Source: Chloropicon primus (lineage: Eukaryota). Taken from it: 64,000 nt of DNA. The position numbers were made by a program, and so were the translations under genes. The notes under the pieces were generated by a model. The model searched no databases and was not told where the DNA came from. It saw only the letters and a list, made by a program, of their open reading frames with translations. This document shows, piece after piece, positions 18,588-29,257 of this stretch. The stretch's first letter is position 1, and each line of letters begins with the position of its first letter. Location: the NCBI GenBank assembly GCA_023205875.1, contig CP060767.1, positions 496,001 through 560,000 on the forward strand, in the 5' to 3' direction.

Positions 18588-18839
18588 CAAAAACTTGATC
18601 GAGAACGCCGCGAGACATAGTTCGAGCGTGGCCTTTGGACGAGGGCGGAGGAGAGGACGGAGGCAAGGAGATGTTGAGGAGGTGACGAGGGGAAGCGTCT
18701 TCTCTTGATCTTTTTAAAGAGCCATCGCTTGAAAGAAATGGCCTGGTGGTGAGGATTTCACGGCACGAAAGGCAGAGAGGAAGAGAGGCCGAGGAAGAGA
18801 GGCATGGCCATGGAGTGGTGGAGGAGGTGAGGTGTCGTG

Positions 18840-19757
18840 ATGGATAGGGACAAGAGGCTGGAGAAGCTTGCTGCCTTGCACAGGGTACGGAAGTATCCGG
18901 GCTCCGGTGGCATCCGTCCCAAAGAAAAGAACAAGAACAAGAACAAGAACAAGAAGAAGGATCCATCCTCATCTTCACCCTCATCGCAGCAGCAGCGGCA
19001 GCGGCAGCAAGTTGGACGACACTTGAGCAAGCAGGAGGTGAAGGATGCTACCGGCAGGAGCAGAGGGATGGAAAGCCTGGTTCCCGAAGAGGTTATGAAG
19101 ATGTTGAAGGTGGAGGGGAGGACGGATAAGAAAGGCATCGAGAGTGTGCTGGAGTTGTTGCTGAGGACGAATCCGAAACTGTCACGAGGCCAAGGGAACG
19201 ATCCGAGGAGGTCTCAATGGATGTCGAAGGTTTGTGACAAGACGCTGGTGCTGGAGAATCCGAGCACGAGTGTTTCGATGGCCAAGGCGCAGAAAGCAGA
19301 ACTGAGGCAGAGGTTGTCCAACTGCACGCAAGTGAGGGAGGCGTCCCGGGCGAGGCGGCGGTTCTTCTCCAACCACTTGAAGGGTTTGAGGGAGGGAAAG
19401 GCTTTGCCGTACGAGGATGTGGAGGCTCTCCACGAGCTGTGGCTAGATTATGCGGCCAAGTGGCACGAAAGCAGCAAGGAGAAGAGAGCGGCGAGCGGCG
19501 GGGCCACTGGGGTGGACCCCTCCTCTCTGGAACTCCGAGGGGCTCGCGTGACGGTGCTTGAGTCCAAAGTCTCCAGCTATCGTGGCTTGGGGGACCAGCT
19601 GATCTTCGACGTGTCGAGGAACGCTCTCACGGTGGTGTCGAAGGAGGGTCAGATCAGGATTGTGCCCATCGGGGGGACGGTGTTCGAGGTGGGCGCGAGG
19701 ACCTTCTCCCTTGTTCTCCACGGCGATGAAATTTTGAGAAGAAAAGGGTTTTCTTAA
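18840..19757 (+). CDS. POP4: RNase P/MRP protein subunit POP4/Rpp29
   Basis: 'LHELWLDY' and 'LELRGARVTVLESKVSSYRGL...SRNALTVVSKEGQIRIVPIGGTVF' fit the Rpp29 family. Confidence 0.8.
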   Translation: MDRDKRLEKLAALHRVRKYPGSGGIRPKEKNKNKNKNKKKDPSSSSPSSQQQRQRQQVGRHLSKQEVKDATGRSRGMESLVPEEVMKMLKVEGRTDKKGIESVLELLLRTNPKLSRGQGNDPRRSQWMSKVCDKTLVLENPSTSVSMAKAQKAELRQRLSNCTQVREASRARRRFFSNHLKGLREGKALPYEDVEALHELWLDYAAKWHESSKEKRAASGGATGVDPSSLELRGARVTVLESKVSSYRGLGDQLIFDVSRNALTVVSKEGQIRIVPIGGTVFEVGARTFSLVLHGDEILRRKGFS

Positions 19758-19767
19758 AGACCACCCA

Positions 19768-21489
19768 TCATTTTTTGTCTGAGAGAGGCTTTAGTCCCAG
19801 CGGCTTGACGTCCTCGATGTTCCCTTTGCGAATGAAATCGCTCCAGTACTCCGGCAGGAGATCTGCCACGACGTAAAGCGGCACCTCCTGCTTGTAGCTG
19901 GCCTCCACCGTCAGAGCATCAGACAGGAGACACTCGATTTGCTCGACGGAATTCTCCATGGGTCTCTGAAGCTGCTCCACCACAACGGCTGCCTCGCCTT
20001 CGCACAGCCATACGTTACCCATGAGCAGGTCCTTCACACTCTCCATCTGGCCCTTCATGGACTGGAGTTTCGCGTCGAGTATTTCCACGAGTTCCTCCAC
20101 GTCCTCCGTCACTTGGCAGGTGGCTTGGTCAGCACGCGGAGAATATTCTTCCCCCCCTCCCCCCCGCTCGCTGCCGCCTTCCCTGTTGCTCATGGCCTTG
20201 CAGCACCTCGTGAAAACCCCCAGCAGCAAGTACCGCAGCTGCTTGGTCTCCGTCTGACTCACGAGCTGGTCCACAATCCAGTCGTTGACCTTGTCCTGCT
20301 CCTCCGGGGTGGACCAGCACACGTGCTTCAGAAGGAGGGTATCGAACTCGCTCACCTGCTTCCTTCCGTTGGTGAATGCGCACATCTTCAGCATCCCCAC
20401 GCACTTGAGGAGCCTCCTGTCCGAGATGTAGATCGGGGGCTCGCATTCCTCCATCAGGTGAGACCTTAGCCTCGCCAGGATGTCTATCACTTGATTGGGC
20501 ACGGCAACCTCCCTCCTCGCTTCCTCCATGAGGTCCTCCAGCCACTCCGGCTCCAGCCTTCCCTCCCCCTTCGCCATCGCCATCGCCCTGGTGACCTCAC
20601 CCTCCGCCGAGACTTCCGACGGCGTCGAGGAAAGCAAGTCCGTAATGCCGTCGTCGCTCACGGGGTTGACCAACTTTCTGAAAAGGAATCTGTCGTAGAG
20701 AGCCTGGAGCTCCGGGTCCTGGGGAAGCTCATTCGATGCGCCGACCAGGCAAACCAGAGGCACGTCCACCTGCTCGTTGCCGTTGTCGAACCTCTTCTCG
20801 TTCAGAATCATCAAAAGCGCGTTCAACACGGCGCTGTTTGCCTTGAAAACCTCGTCGATGAACGCGACCTGAGCCTCGGGAAGGTACCCGGTCGTGTTCC
20901 TCCTGTAGACGTCCTGCTCGAGGGACCTGAGGGAGAGGGGGCCGAAGAGCTCCTCCGGAACGGAGAAGCGGGTAAGGACCCTCTGAAAGAACGCCGCGTC
21001 GTCACTGACGATGGAACCGAGTCTCCTGGCAACCTCGCTCTTTGCCGTCCCGGGAGGACCGATCAAGAGGAGATGCTCCCCGCAACAGGCCGCGAGGAGA
21101 ACGAGCCTCGCTTCCGCCCCCCGCTCCACCAACCCATTCTCGAGCTTGCTCAGCGCGGCGCTCAGTCTCGACCTCACCGCGTCCTTCTCTGGCTCAAATG
21201 CCCCGCTGGATCTCTCACGCACGCCCTCACCGCCCCGACCCCCCTCCATCCTCTCTCTCACGTACGCCCTCACCCTCTTGGTCACCTCCTCCGACTCGAA
21301 CACCAACGAGGTACTCGCCTCGCCGTTCCCTCCTTCCCTTGAACCCGAACCACCACCCTTCCCCTCACACCTCACACGATGCCGATGCACCTTCTGCCTC
21401 ACATTGTAACGACTGGCCTTCCAACTCCCTCCCTCCCTCCCCACACCGCAACACCTCCTCCCATGACTCAATACCTTGGCATGACCCAT
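19768..21489 (-). CDS. MoxR/RavA-like AAA+ ATPase with a probable organellar transit peptide
   Basis: Walker A 'LLIGPPGTAKS', 'LTRFSVPEELFGP', Walker B 'FIDEVFKANSAVLNALL', 'GASNELP', 'ALYDRF', 'ISDRR'. The start at MGHAK is inferred. Confidence 0.85.
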   Translation of the reverse strand: MGHAKVLSHGRRCCGVGREGGSWKASRYNVRQKVHRHRVRCEGKGGGSGSREGGNGEASTSLVFESEEVTKRVRAYVRERMEGGRGGEGVRERSSGAFEPEKDAVRSRLSAALSKLENGLVERGAEARLVLLAACCGEHLLLIGPPGTAKSEVARRLGSIVSDDAAFFQRVLTRFSVPEELFGPLSLRSLEQDVYRRNTTGYLPEAQVAFIDEVFKANSAVLNALLMILNEKRFDNGNEQVDVPLVCLVGASNELPQDPELQALYDRFLFRKLVNPVSDDGITDLLSSTPSEVSAEGEVTRAMAMAKGEGRLEPEWLEDLMEEARREVAVPNQVIDILARLRSHLMEECEPPIYISDRRLLKCVGMLKMCAFTNGRKQVSEFDTLLLKHVCWSTPEEQDKVNDWIVDQLVSQTETKQLRYLLLGVFTRCCKAMSNREGGSERGGGGEEYSPRADQATCQVTEDVEELVEILDAKLQSMKGQMESVKDLLMGNVWLCEGEAAVVVEQLQRPMENSVEQIECLLSDALTVEASYKQEVPLYVVADLLPEYWSDFIRKGNIEDVKPLGLKPLSDKK

Positions 21490-21885
21490 CCCCACCCCTC
21501 CACCTCGACCTCCGTCTGCTTGGTCGTTTTTCCCCTTCCTCTCCGACGATCCCTTGGACAACTCCAGCAAGTGAGTGGTCAAACGAAATATCGTGAGGTA
21601 TCCTTTCGCCCACCGAGCGTTACTTTCTCGTCAACGCTCCGAACGAACCACGATGGAACGATAGGGTGGGAACCTTATCCGTTTCGACTTCCTGTACGGT
21701 GAAGATGAAACAAACCAATGGTTGGCGTGTTGTTGTGTTCCCTGGGTCAAATTCCACAACCAAGGGTTCGATGGAAAGCTCAACACGTCACGTTTCACAA
21801 TATCCTTGTCTCTTCTTCCCTCCCCCTCCTCCTCCTCGTCCCAATGGTCCTCCTCTCTCTCCTCGGCGTAAGCACAACACTCGAC

Positions 21886-21919
<34 letters not shown>

Positions 21920-21989
21920 AGAACGGAGCAAGGGTTTCGCTCTTCGTGGCTTCGTGGTTCGTGGTTCGCTCTATCAATATATAATAACG

Positions 21990-22318
21990 ATGCGTGAGGT
22001 GGTGAACAGAATGTTTCCAAGCTTTGTGAAAAGGGCCATGAAACCTTACATGCCTTTAGCTATGATACCCAGTACGAGTAAAGTCATGGGACTTGGGGCA
22101 TGGGGTGCAACCGGTGCCGTCGCTGCATTCTTCGCCATTGGGGTAAGAAGAAGAGAAAAAAAGCAAAGAGGAAGAAGAAGAAAAAAGAAAACAATGCAAT
22201 GAGCTTCGCGTGTTCTGACCGTGACGGTTTTCGTTTTCGTTTGACTCGTGGTGACTCGAAGGATCCTGCATTTATTTTCGTCAAGGATTTGGTGACTCCG
22301 CCACCACCGGAGGAGTAG
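21990..22318 (+). CDS. Cytochrome bc1 complex subunit QCR10/UQCR11-like (2 exons: 21990-22142, 22262-22318)
   Basis: A GT-AG intron at 22143-22261 joins '...AWGATGAVAAFFAIG' to 'DPAFIFVKDLVTPPPPEE*'. This resembles plant QCR10 (WG motif, TM, proline-rich acidic end). The start could be the second Met at 22011. Confidence 0.7.
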
Positions 22319-22630
22319 AGTAGACGGGAGGATTCAAGGAGTTGTAGGGCATCCCTCCGGGGGATGGTTTGTGTTTCTTCTGTGTTTCGTTTCGTTTCGT
22401 TTGATAATAAATTTGCGGTTCCTCTCTTGGAGAGCAGGAAAGCAGGAGAGGACCTCTCGAGGTCTAGATAGCTTAGTAGTATAAAGAACCAAGTGCGCAA
22501 CTGAAGTGTCTCCTGCTGGCCCCTAGGGGGAGGAGGAGGAGGAGAGCTCTTCTGAGTTCTCTGAATTCCTTCCGCGAAAAGAAAATGTGTGTTTTACAGG
22601 TGTGTCTAGCGCTCGCTTGCTTGTGTGGCT

Positions 22631-25381
22631 TCACAGCCTCCTTCGGCTTCGAGGAGGGGGGGGTGGGGCTTCGCCGCCGGACTCCTCGTCGTCAGACTCC
22701 CCCTCCGCGGACTCTGATTCCTCCTCGTCTTCATCCATGGCGTCGGAGCCTGCCTCCTCCTCGTCCGTTTGCATCTTCGCGTCGAGTTCGAGGTACTCTT
22801 GAATCAGGCCCTTGAACTTCTCCTTCTGGGAGGCGTCCTCCTTGAGCTTGTTCATGAGGGCGTGAATTTTCTCGAGAGCCACCACTACCTTGTCCTCCGG
22901 CAGCTTGTCGAGGCCCGAGGCCACCGTCTCCTTGAGATCGTTGACCATGTCCGTGACCGCCCTGCCGGCAATCTCTCTGGTCGCGCCCGGGCCCCTGGAC
23001 TCCAGCGCCAGCAAGCACCTCGCGATGAATACGAGGTGAGACCTGCGACTTTCCTTGGAAGCATCCGGCTTGCCCGAGGGAGGAAGCAGACTGTCCCTGG
23101 TCCACAGCTCCTCCAGGACGTCCACGATCTTCTTGAAGTCGTCCACTTTTCCCGTGGCAACATAAAGTTCCTGCTGCATCAAGGTGACCACCTGGCACAA
23201 ATCGTACAGCAAGCTCACCGCATTGGGGCCCTTCTTGCTCTTGCACTGAGAGAAGAGGGTGCTCAAGACGCCCATCAAGGCCATGGTGCTCTGCTGGGTC
23301 GTCCTTTCACAAAAATCTGTGACCGCGCTCGCCATCACCTTCTTTCCCTTCTCCTTCTTCATCAGGAGGAACTCCCTCGCGAGCTTGGGGTCGGTGAAGC
23401 GCTGCATGGAGGCCAGGACAACCCTGACGACCGAGAGGACGCCGGCATCGCCCTTGAGGTGCTTTGACTTGCAGGCCTTGGCTAGGACCTCCCACTCGTG
23501 GAGCACGGGCAAATGCGGAACCACGGCGCTCACCGCCCTGACGTAATAGTCCTCCTCATCCATCTCGCCCTCGGCCGTTAACCCAGAGCGGCCCCTCCTC
23601 TGCAAGACCTTGGACAGGGAAGGCATCCCTTCCTGGACCAGGGAGCTGAGGAGCTTGCAGGCCTCCACGCAGGAAGGCAGGGCATCGTCCGCCGAGTCCC
23701 CCGCGCCCTTTCTCTTGCCCTTCTTGCTGCCGGTGGACGACCTGGACTTGGAGGACTCCTTCGTCGCCTCTCCGAGCCTGCGTTCGATGACGCAAGCCGC
23801 GAGCTTCCCCGCCGACTTCCTGATTCTCATGTTGCTGTCCAAAAGAAGCATGGCGAGATCGCTGCTGAGGCCGCCGCACTCCCCGTCCTCGTCGCAAACG
23901 TCGAGGAGGTTTGCCTGCGACAGGGACAGGACCAGCTCCATCGCATTCACGCAGACCTGCTCGTTCACGTCCTTGATGAGCTCCACGAACCTGCCGCTGA
24001 ACCTCTGGGTCAGGAGGTCAAGGGCGGACAGATTGGAAAAATTGGAGACGTCGGCACCGCCGTCCCTTCCGCTGCCCCCGCCCTGGGACGCGATGGCGTG
24101 CCTCTGGTAGACCTGGTTCAAGGCCTGCACCGCGGCCAGCCTGCCTTGGGGATCCTTGTCGTTCAGGCTCCAAGCCACGTACTTCAAGTAGGCATCCGAC
24201 AAGAACTTCTTCGGGTGCTGAACCACCCAGACTCCGACCCACCTGACGGTGAGCGACCTGATCTGTGGGGAGACGTCCCTGAACCTCACGATGACGAGCT
24301 CCTGGAACAGCTCCTTCATGTGAACGTCAAGGGAGTTGCTCCTCTCGTGGCACTCCTGGAGGCGCCTGTTGAGGTCCCTCCTCTGGTCCTTCTTCGTGGA
24401 CGAGTGACCCACCGCCCTCAGCTGCTTGGTCAGGACGACGTTCGACTCGTCCAGAATCTGGTGAGCTTGCACGAGCGACCCCAGCAAGGCGTACCCGCAA
24501 ACGCAGGCGGCGTACCTCACCTGCCTCACCGCGGACTTGCTCAGCTCCATGCAGACTTGAGACATGCAGGCCAAGAAGTCGACCTCGTCGCCGCCGCCCT
24601 CGCCCCCTTGGACGTACAGCGTCTCCTTGCCGTGCATGAGGACGACCAGCTGGTTCCAAAAGTGAATGAAGTTGCTCTCCAGGCTTCTCGACTTTGCCGT
24701 GGAGGTCTTGACGTAAAGAATCGTCCTCGCGTCGGTCAAGCCCGACGAGTTCCCCTCCTCGCTGAAGCGCTCCGAGAGACTCTTGCCGAACTCGGCGTAG
24801 ATCTCGCCCTCCTCCTCCTCCTTGTCGTCGTCCTCCTCCTTGCCTCCTCGGTACGACTTGGTCTCCCCCAGGAGGTGGGCGCTGGAAGCGTCCAGGCCGC
24901 AGGCCTGAGCCAGGAGCTTCACGCACAGGTCCACCTTCCCCTCGTTGTCCAAGGCGCAGCACCTCTTCGCGGTCGAGGCCGCCATGTTCCTCGTGACAAA
25001 CCCGTTCACGGGCTCCGCGTCGCTCGCGTTCTCGTCGTCGTCGTCCGCCGAGACCGGACTCGGCGCCGTCACCCTCTTCGTCGTCGCCGGAGTCGTCGGA
25101 GTTGTCGGATTCGGAGTCCTCTTCTTCTTCTTCGCGTTACTCGACCCGGGCGACTTCCTTCCCCCCGCCGTTGCCTTGGGCGTCCTCAGCCTCTTGCTTC
25201 TCCGCCTCAGACCAGAACTCGTCTTCTCCTCAAAGTCACTGTCCTCCCTTCCGTCCTCCGACGCGGATGACGAAGAAGATGAAGAAGGCGAAGAAGAAGA
25301 TGGTGGAGGAGCCTTCTTCACGGGAGACGGAAACGCCTTCCTCGTCGACGAACGCGTCGACCTGCGAGCAAGCGTCACCAT
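22631..25381 (-). CDS. SCC3: Cohesin subunit SCC3/STAG
   Basis: STAG/SCD motifs 'VRQVRYAA' and 'VRFRDVSPQIRSLTVRWVGVW...FLSDAYLKYVAWSLNDK'. Confidence 0.9.
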   Translation of the reverse strand: MVTLARRSTRSSTRKAFPSPVKKAPPPSSSSPSSSSSSSASEDGREDSDFEEKTSSGLRRRSKRLRTPKATAGGRKSPGSSNAKKKKRTPNPTTPTTPATTKRVTAPSPVSADDDDENASDAEPVNGFVTRNMAASTAKRCCALDNEGKVDLCVKLLAQACGLDASSAHLLGETKSYRGGKEEDDDKEEEEGEIYAEFGKSLSERFSEEGNSSGLTDARTILYVKTSTAKSRSLESNFIHFWNQLVVLMHGKETLYVQGGEGGGDEVDFLACMSQVCMELSKSAVRQVRYAACVCGYALLGSLVQAHQILDESNVVLTKQLRAVGHSSTKKDQRRDLNRRLQECHERSNSLDVHMKELFQELVIVRFRDVSPQIRSLTVRWVGVWVVQHPKKFLSDAYLKYVAWSLNDKDPQGRLAAVQALNQVYQRHAIASQGGGSGRDGGADVSNFSNLSALDLLTQRFSGRFVELIKDVNEQVCVNAMELVLSLSQANLLDVCDEDGECGGLSSDLAMLLLDSNMRIRKSAGKLAACVIERRLGEATKESSKSRSSTGSKKGKRKGAGDSADDALPSCVEACKLLSSLVQEGMPSLSKVLQRRGRSGLTAEGEMDEEDYYVRAVSAVVPHLPVLHEWEVLAKACKSKHLKGDAGVLSVVRVVLASMQRFTDPKLAREFLLMKKEKGKKVMASAVTDFCERTTQQSTMALMGVLSTLFSQCKSKKGPNAVSLLYDLCQVVTLMQQELYVATGKVDDFKKIVDVLEELWTRDSLLPPSGKPDASKESRRSHLVFIARCLLALESRGPGATREIAGRAVTDMVNDLKETVASGLDKLPEDKVVVALEKIHALMNKLKEDASQKEKFKGLIQEYLELDAKMQTDEEEAGSDAMDEDEEESESAEGESDDEESGGEAPPPPPRSRRRL

Positions 25382-26066
25382 GACCAATCCCTTACTTACG
25401 TGGTCCGGTTCTCGTGAATGACCAACCTAAGCTTAGCTTAGCTTCGCAGCGAGTGACCTATCGTTGGAAAGCTCGAAATACGAGGAGCAAGACGATCGCG
25501 ACCGAAGACTTCCCTTCCTGGATGCCTGCCCCGCGCGCGCGCGCGAAAGAGAGAGAGAGAGAGAGATCTTTTTTGTCAACGTGATGAAGATGAAGATGAT
25601 GATGGACTCGTTGTGTTTTTCTGGAGGCGAAATCCTGGAAGGCGGGGTTCATTCGAAAGCTGTTGCGATGAACCATCGATCGATCTCAACCCTTTCCCCT
25701 TTTTCTCCACCCCTCTCCCACCGTCGCGCGGACAAAAACAAAAACAAACGCAAACCCACCCACCTCACCTCCGCCTGCCCGCGGATCCCAATTGGATTGT
25801 TTTGGCGCGAAAATTGGAGTGGTCTCCTGAGGTAACGGACGACAGCTGGTAGGAGCGAGGGACGAGAGGACGTTTGTCTACGAGGTGAGGGCGCGCGAAG
25901 CGAAAGAGCGAAACGATGACAGCCGCCGGAAGGCCGTCGAAGCATACGCATACCCTTCTCCCTTTCTGACCGTCCATCATACAACATTTTGTTTTTGTTT
26001 TTTTGTTTTGTTTTGCTTGGCAGCCGTGATGCCTAGCCGCGGCAAGAACGCGGCGATGCCCCAGCG

Positions 26067-28019
26067 TCATGGCGGACGGTTTTCGATTCGATCAGGAGCA
26101 CGTGCCGGGGATGCTGCTCCTCGGGCGGGTGGGGGCCTGATCAGGTCCAAATTCAATGGGATCTGCCTCACGAGATGGACCGGGGGAGGGGGAGGAGGAG
26201 GAGGCGGTGGTCGAGGGGCCGCCTGCCTGTCCGGCAGCGTGGAACCTGCCGATTGGGGTCCTGATCCGTCGTACTGGTACCTCGTGATCAACTTCGGAGG
26301 CCTCCCTCCGGTCCTTCCCTTCCTCTCCGGTGCCGGAGGCTTGAACGCGGGGGCGTAGGCTTTCCAATTGTTCTTGAAGGCCCAGTGAAGCTTGGGCTTG
26401 CAGCCTCCTGCCTCCTCGCTGCACTTGGGGCACGACTCCCTCTGTGCGGCCCCGTAGTCTGACACCTCCTTGAACTTGTGTCTGGCCTTGCAAGATTTGC
26501 ATTCCGCCACGTTCACTTGGCATTCGAGGACGCATTCCTCCTTTTTCAGATGCACCAGGCCGCTGAGAGCCATCGCTTTCACTGCAAACCACTCGATCTG
26601 GTCCCTCCTCTGGTTTGCGGGCCGGTCGCAGGTGTTGTAGTAGTGGTAGTGCCTCACGCCCTGTGCCCGGGCGACCTGGTAGCCGTACACAGTGACCCTT
26701 CTGCACATTTGCAGGCTCGCCAACATGCCGTAGAGCCCAGAGGTGGCTAAAATGCCTTGGTCCGCGAACACGGAGGACACGTGCTCGACGAAATCTGGGT
26801 GGAAGGCGAGGACCTTCAGCTCCGGGTCTCCGATTCTCAGCCGCTTCAATGCCAGGAGAGATGCAGGGTTCCTCATGTGAATCAGCACGGTCTCGTTCTG
26901 AGATTCTCTGAAGGCGAGGTTCTGCGAGTTCGTGATCCTGAAGGTCGTCTTTTGGCCGACAAGCCTTTCGAAGTTCACCGTCGGGGCTGAATTGAAGCGA
27001 AGGACCATCTCGTGCCGATCGATCTCCTCCCCGTGCTCGAAGTTGTGGTGGATCCCAGAACTTCCCACGATGGCACATGTGTTGTAGTACACATGCTCCG
27101 TCACCGGGTTGGCATCCGGAAGCAAGTCATAGAGCTCCTCATCCACAGTCCCGAGAAGCGTGCCGTCGTACGCTGCGTCTTGCTCCGCCTGCTCCCTTTT
27201 AGCTGCTTTGTCGTGCAAGAAGACCTTGATTTGCTCGCCGACGCCAAGGCTCTCTTTGGTCATGAAGACGTGTCCCGAGAACTCGTGGAATTTCTTGTTG
27301 CTCACGACTCTCAAGTGAGTCAGTGGCCTCACCCTCGAGCATCCCGCGCCAAAGCGAGTCGCCAGGCACGAGCAAGTGTTACCCCCGATGCAAACACCAC
27401 CCTCACCGCAAGGGCATTGATCTGCCTTGGTCTCATTGGATCCCATCACAGCAGGGGCGTTTCTCCGCCGCCTCCCCTGCTGCCCGTTCGTTCCACTTCC
27501 AGCGCCTGGCCTCGGTGGCGACCGTTTCTCCTTCCCGAACAGGTTTGCTTGGAGCTCCGCAATTCCGGAGGACAGCCTTGGCGATTGGTGCCTCGCCTCT
27601 GCTTGCTTTCTCTTCCGGTCACTCCTCCCGGCCTCCTTGTCAGCCTGCGCGCCGGCGGCACCGCCCCCGCCGTGATCGCCTCGACCTTCCAGGCGTGGCG
27701 GCTCGCCCCTCACTTCCATTTCATCACCCGTGGTGGAACCCCTAGCCGAATCCTCTTTCTGCCTCTTGTACTCGTCCACCTTTATCGAGAGCGACTCCCT
27801 CACGACGCTGTGCAGGTGAAGGCCCCCGCGGTGACTGTGCGTCTCGAGCGCACGGTGAGAGTTCACGATGGCAAAGAAGACGATCAATCCAAGAACTGAA
27901 AACACGACCACGTTCATGTTCGTCAAACCAAGAACGCCACTTCCAAACCTCTTCTTCCTCCTCCTCCCCCTCGTTCCCTCCCCTCGGTTCGGATTCTTCT
28001 CGCTCGCCATCATCATCAT
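26067..28019 (-). CDS. GT29 sialyltransferase-like type II membrane protein with an EGF-like module and Cys-rich tail
   Basis: Sialylmotif L 'TCAIVGSSG...GEEIDRHEMVLRFNSAP...VGQKTT', motif S 'TSGLYGMLASLQMCRRVTVYGY', 'HYY'. N-terminal TM; EGF-like 'CPCGEGGVCIGGNTCSCLATRFGAGC'. Confidence 0.9.
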   Translation of the reverse strand: MMMMASEKNPNRGEGTRGRRRKKRFGSGVLGLTNMNVVVFSVLGLIVFFAIVNSHRALETHSHRGGLHLHSVVRESLSIKVDEYKRQKEDSARGSTTGDEMEVRGEPPRLEGRGDHGGGGAAGAQADKEAGRSDRKRKQAEARHQSPRLSSGIAELQANLFGKEKRSPPRPGAGSGTNGQQGRRRRNAPAVMGSNETKADQCPCGEGGVCIGGNTCSCLATRFGAGCSRVRPLTHLRVVSNKKFHEFSGHVFMTKESLGVGEQIKVFLHDKAAKREQAEQDAAYDGTLLGTVDEELYDLLPDANPVTEHVYYNTCAIVGSSGIHHNFEHGEEIDRHEMVLRFNSAPTVNFERLVGQKTTFRITNSQNLAFRESQNETVLIHMRNPASLLALKRLRIGDPELKVLAFHPDFVEHVSSVFADQGILATSGLYGMLASLQMCRRVTVYGYQVARAQGVRHYHYYNTCDRPANQRRDQIEWFAVKAMALSGLVHLKKEECVLECQVNVAECKSCKARHKFKEVSDYGAAQRESCPKCSEEAGGCKPKLHWAFKNNWKAYAPAFKPPAPERKGRTGGRPPKLITRYQYDGSGPQSAGSTLPDRQAAPRPPPPPPPPPPVHLVRQIPLNLDLIRPPPARGAASPARAPDRIENRPP

Positions 28020-28598
28020 GCACGGACTCTTCTATCTCAAAACTTTGATGAAGCCTTCTCCTTCGTTCCCGTCTTCAAGCTTGGCCTCTCCATGACACAT
28101 GGTGCCGTGCCTCACGCAACGCCCTCTCCTTCCACCATGAAACCCTCATGCCTTCACCTCTTCATCTCAGAAAAAAGTGTTCACGATCACGGAAAGGTGA
28201 AGGTGAAGCTATTGCTCTTTGCCTCCGTCGCCTCGCGTCGTGTCGCTTCTCTCAGGTCAACACATGGCATCCCCCCCTCTCTCTCTTGAGTCGTGGATGG
28301 AAACCCTCCGAAAGTTACGCCGTCACCTCTCCAAGACCATCCCATCCCATCCCTCTTTCCTCGCCCTCGTCCTCCTCCTCATCATCATCATCATCATCGA
28401 AGAACTTGCTCGCTCGTGAACGAAACCTTGGCAATGGTCACACCAACGGAAAGATCGTGACGAGTCCTATCGATATACGTCGCGTTCGCACCGATCGCAA
28501 CCCTCTCCTCGCCGACGATCGCTTACTACGTGCCGTCGTCCCCCCCCCTTCGATCAGCGCCCTTTCTCTTTCCGATCGATCGATTGCGATCCCAATAA

Positions 28599-28967
28599 TC
28601 ATTTCTCGATTTTCAGATTCGCGGCGTGGTACGTGGCGCACTTCCAGTCCCCGCTGTCGAAGTCGAACAGTGGCCCGTCCTTGTCGACACCGAGCCCGAG
28701 CAGCCACCTGACACGCGTGACGTCGTCGACTGCGAGAGCCACGGAGAAATCCGTGTAGAACCGTTCCGGATGCTTGGCGATGTTGCGCAGAACGCGAGGG
28801 CGGCGGCGGGCGGCGGCGACGGTATGGGGTGGCGCGCGCACGCGGCCGCCCGCACGCGTCGTTGTGTCGGTGCGCGCATGCGGCCGCTCCCGCACGGTCT
28901 CCGGCTCCGTCCTCGGCTTCTTCGAAGGGGGCTCGTCGAGGGGGAGGGGGAGCCAGACGAGTGTCAT
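28599..28967 (-). pseudogene. Truncated ankyrin-repeat gene fragment with NLS-like PPSKKPR
   Basis: 'ALAVDDVTRVRWLLGLGVDKDGPL...ATYHAA' resembles about one ankyrin repeat of the same GxDKD type as the neighbouring gene. The ORF then ends abruptly. Confidence 0.45.
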
Positions 28968-29257
28968 CGAGGAAGCTTTTCCGACCGTTTCGCGCACGCG
29001 AAACCTTCACCACAAGGGAGTTGAGGGGACAGTCACGCCCTCTCCGCGGAAAAGGTTCGTGGCGGACGTCGTGCCGCCAGCGGCGGTGGGTGCGGTGTGG
29101 CGGACGTGCTGCCGGCGCCGGCGCCGGGGGGCTAATTAGGGTTAGACGCATTTTGAACGAGTCTCCCGTGGGTTTGTACGGTTTACGAAAGAGCCACACG
29201 ACACAAACTGACTCGTAGCGCAGTTCAATGCGTGGGGGCTCGGGGAAGCTTTTCCAC

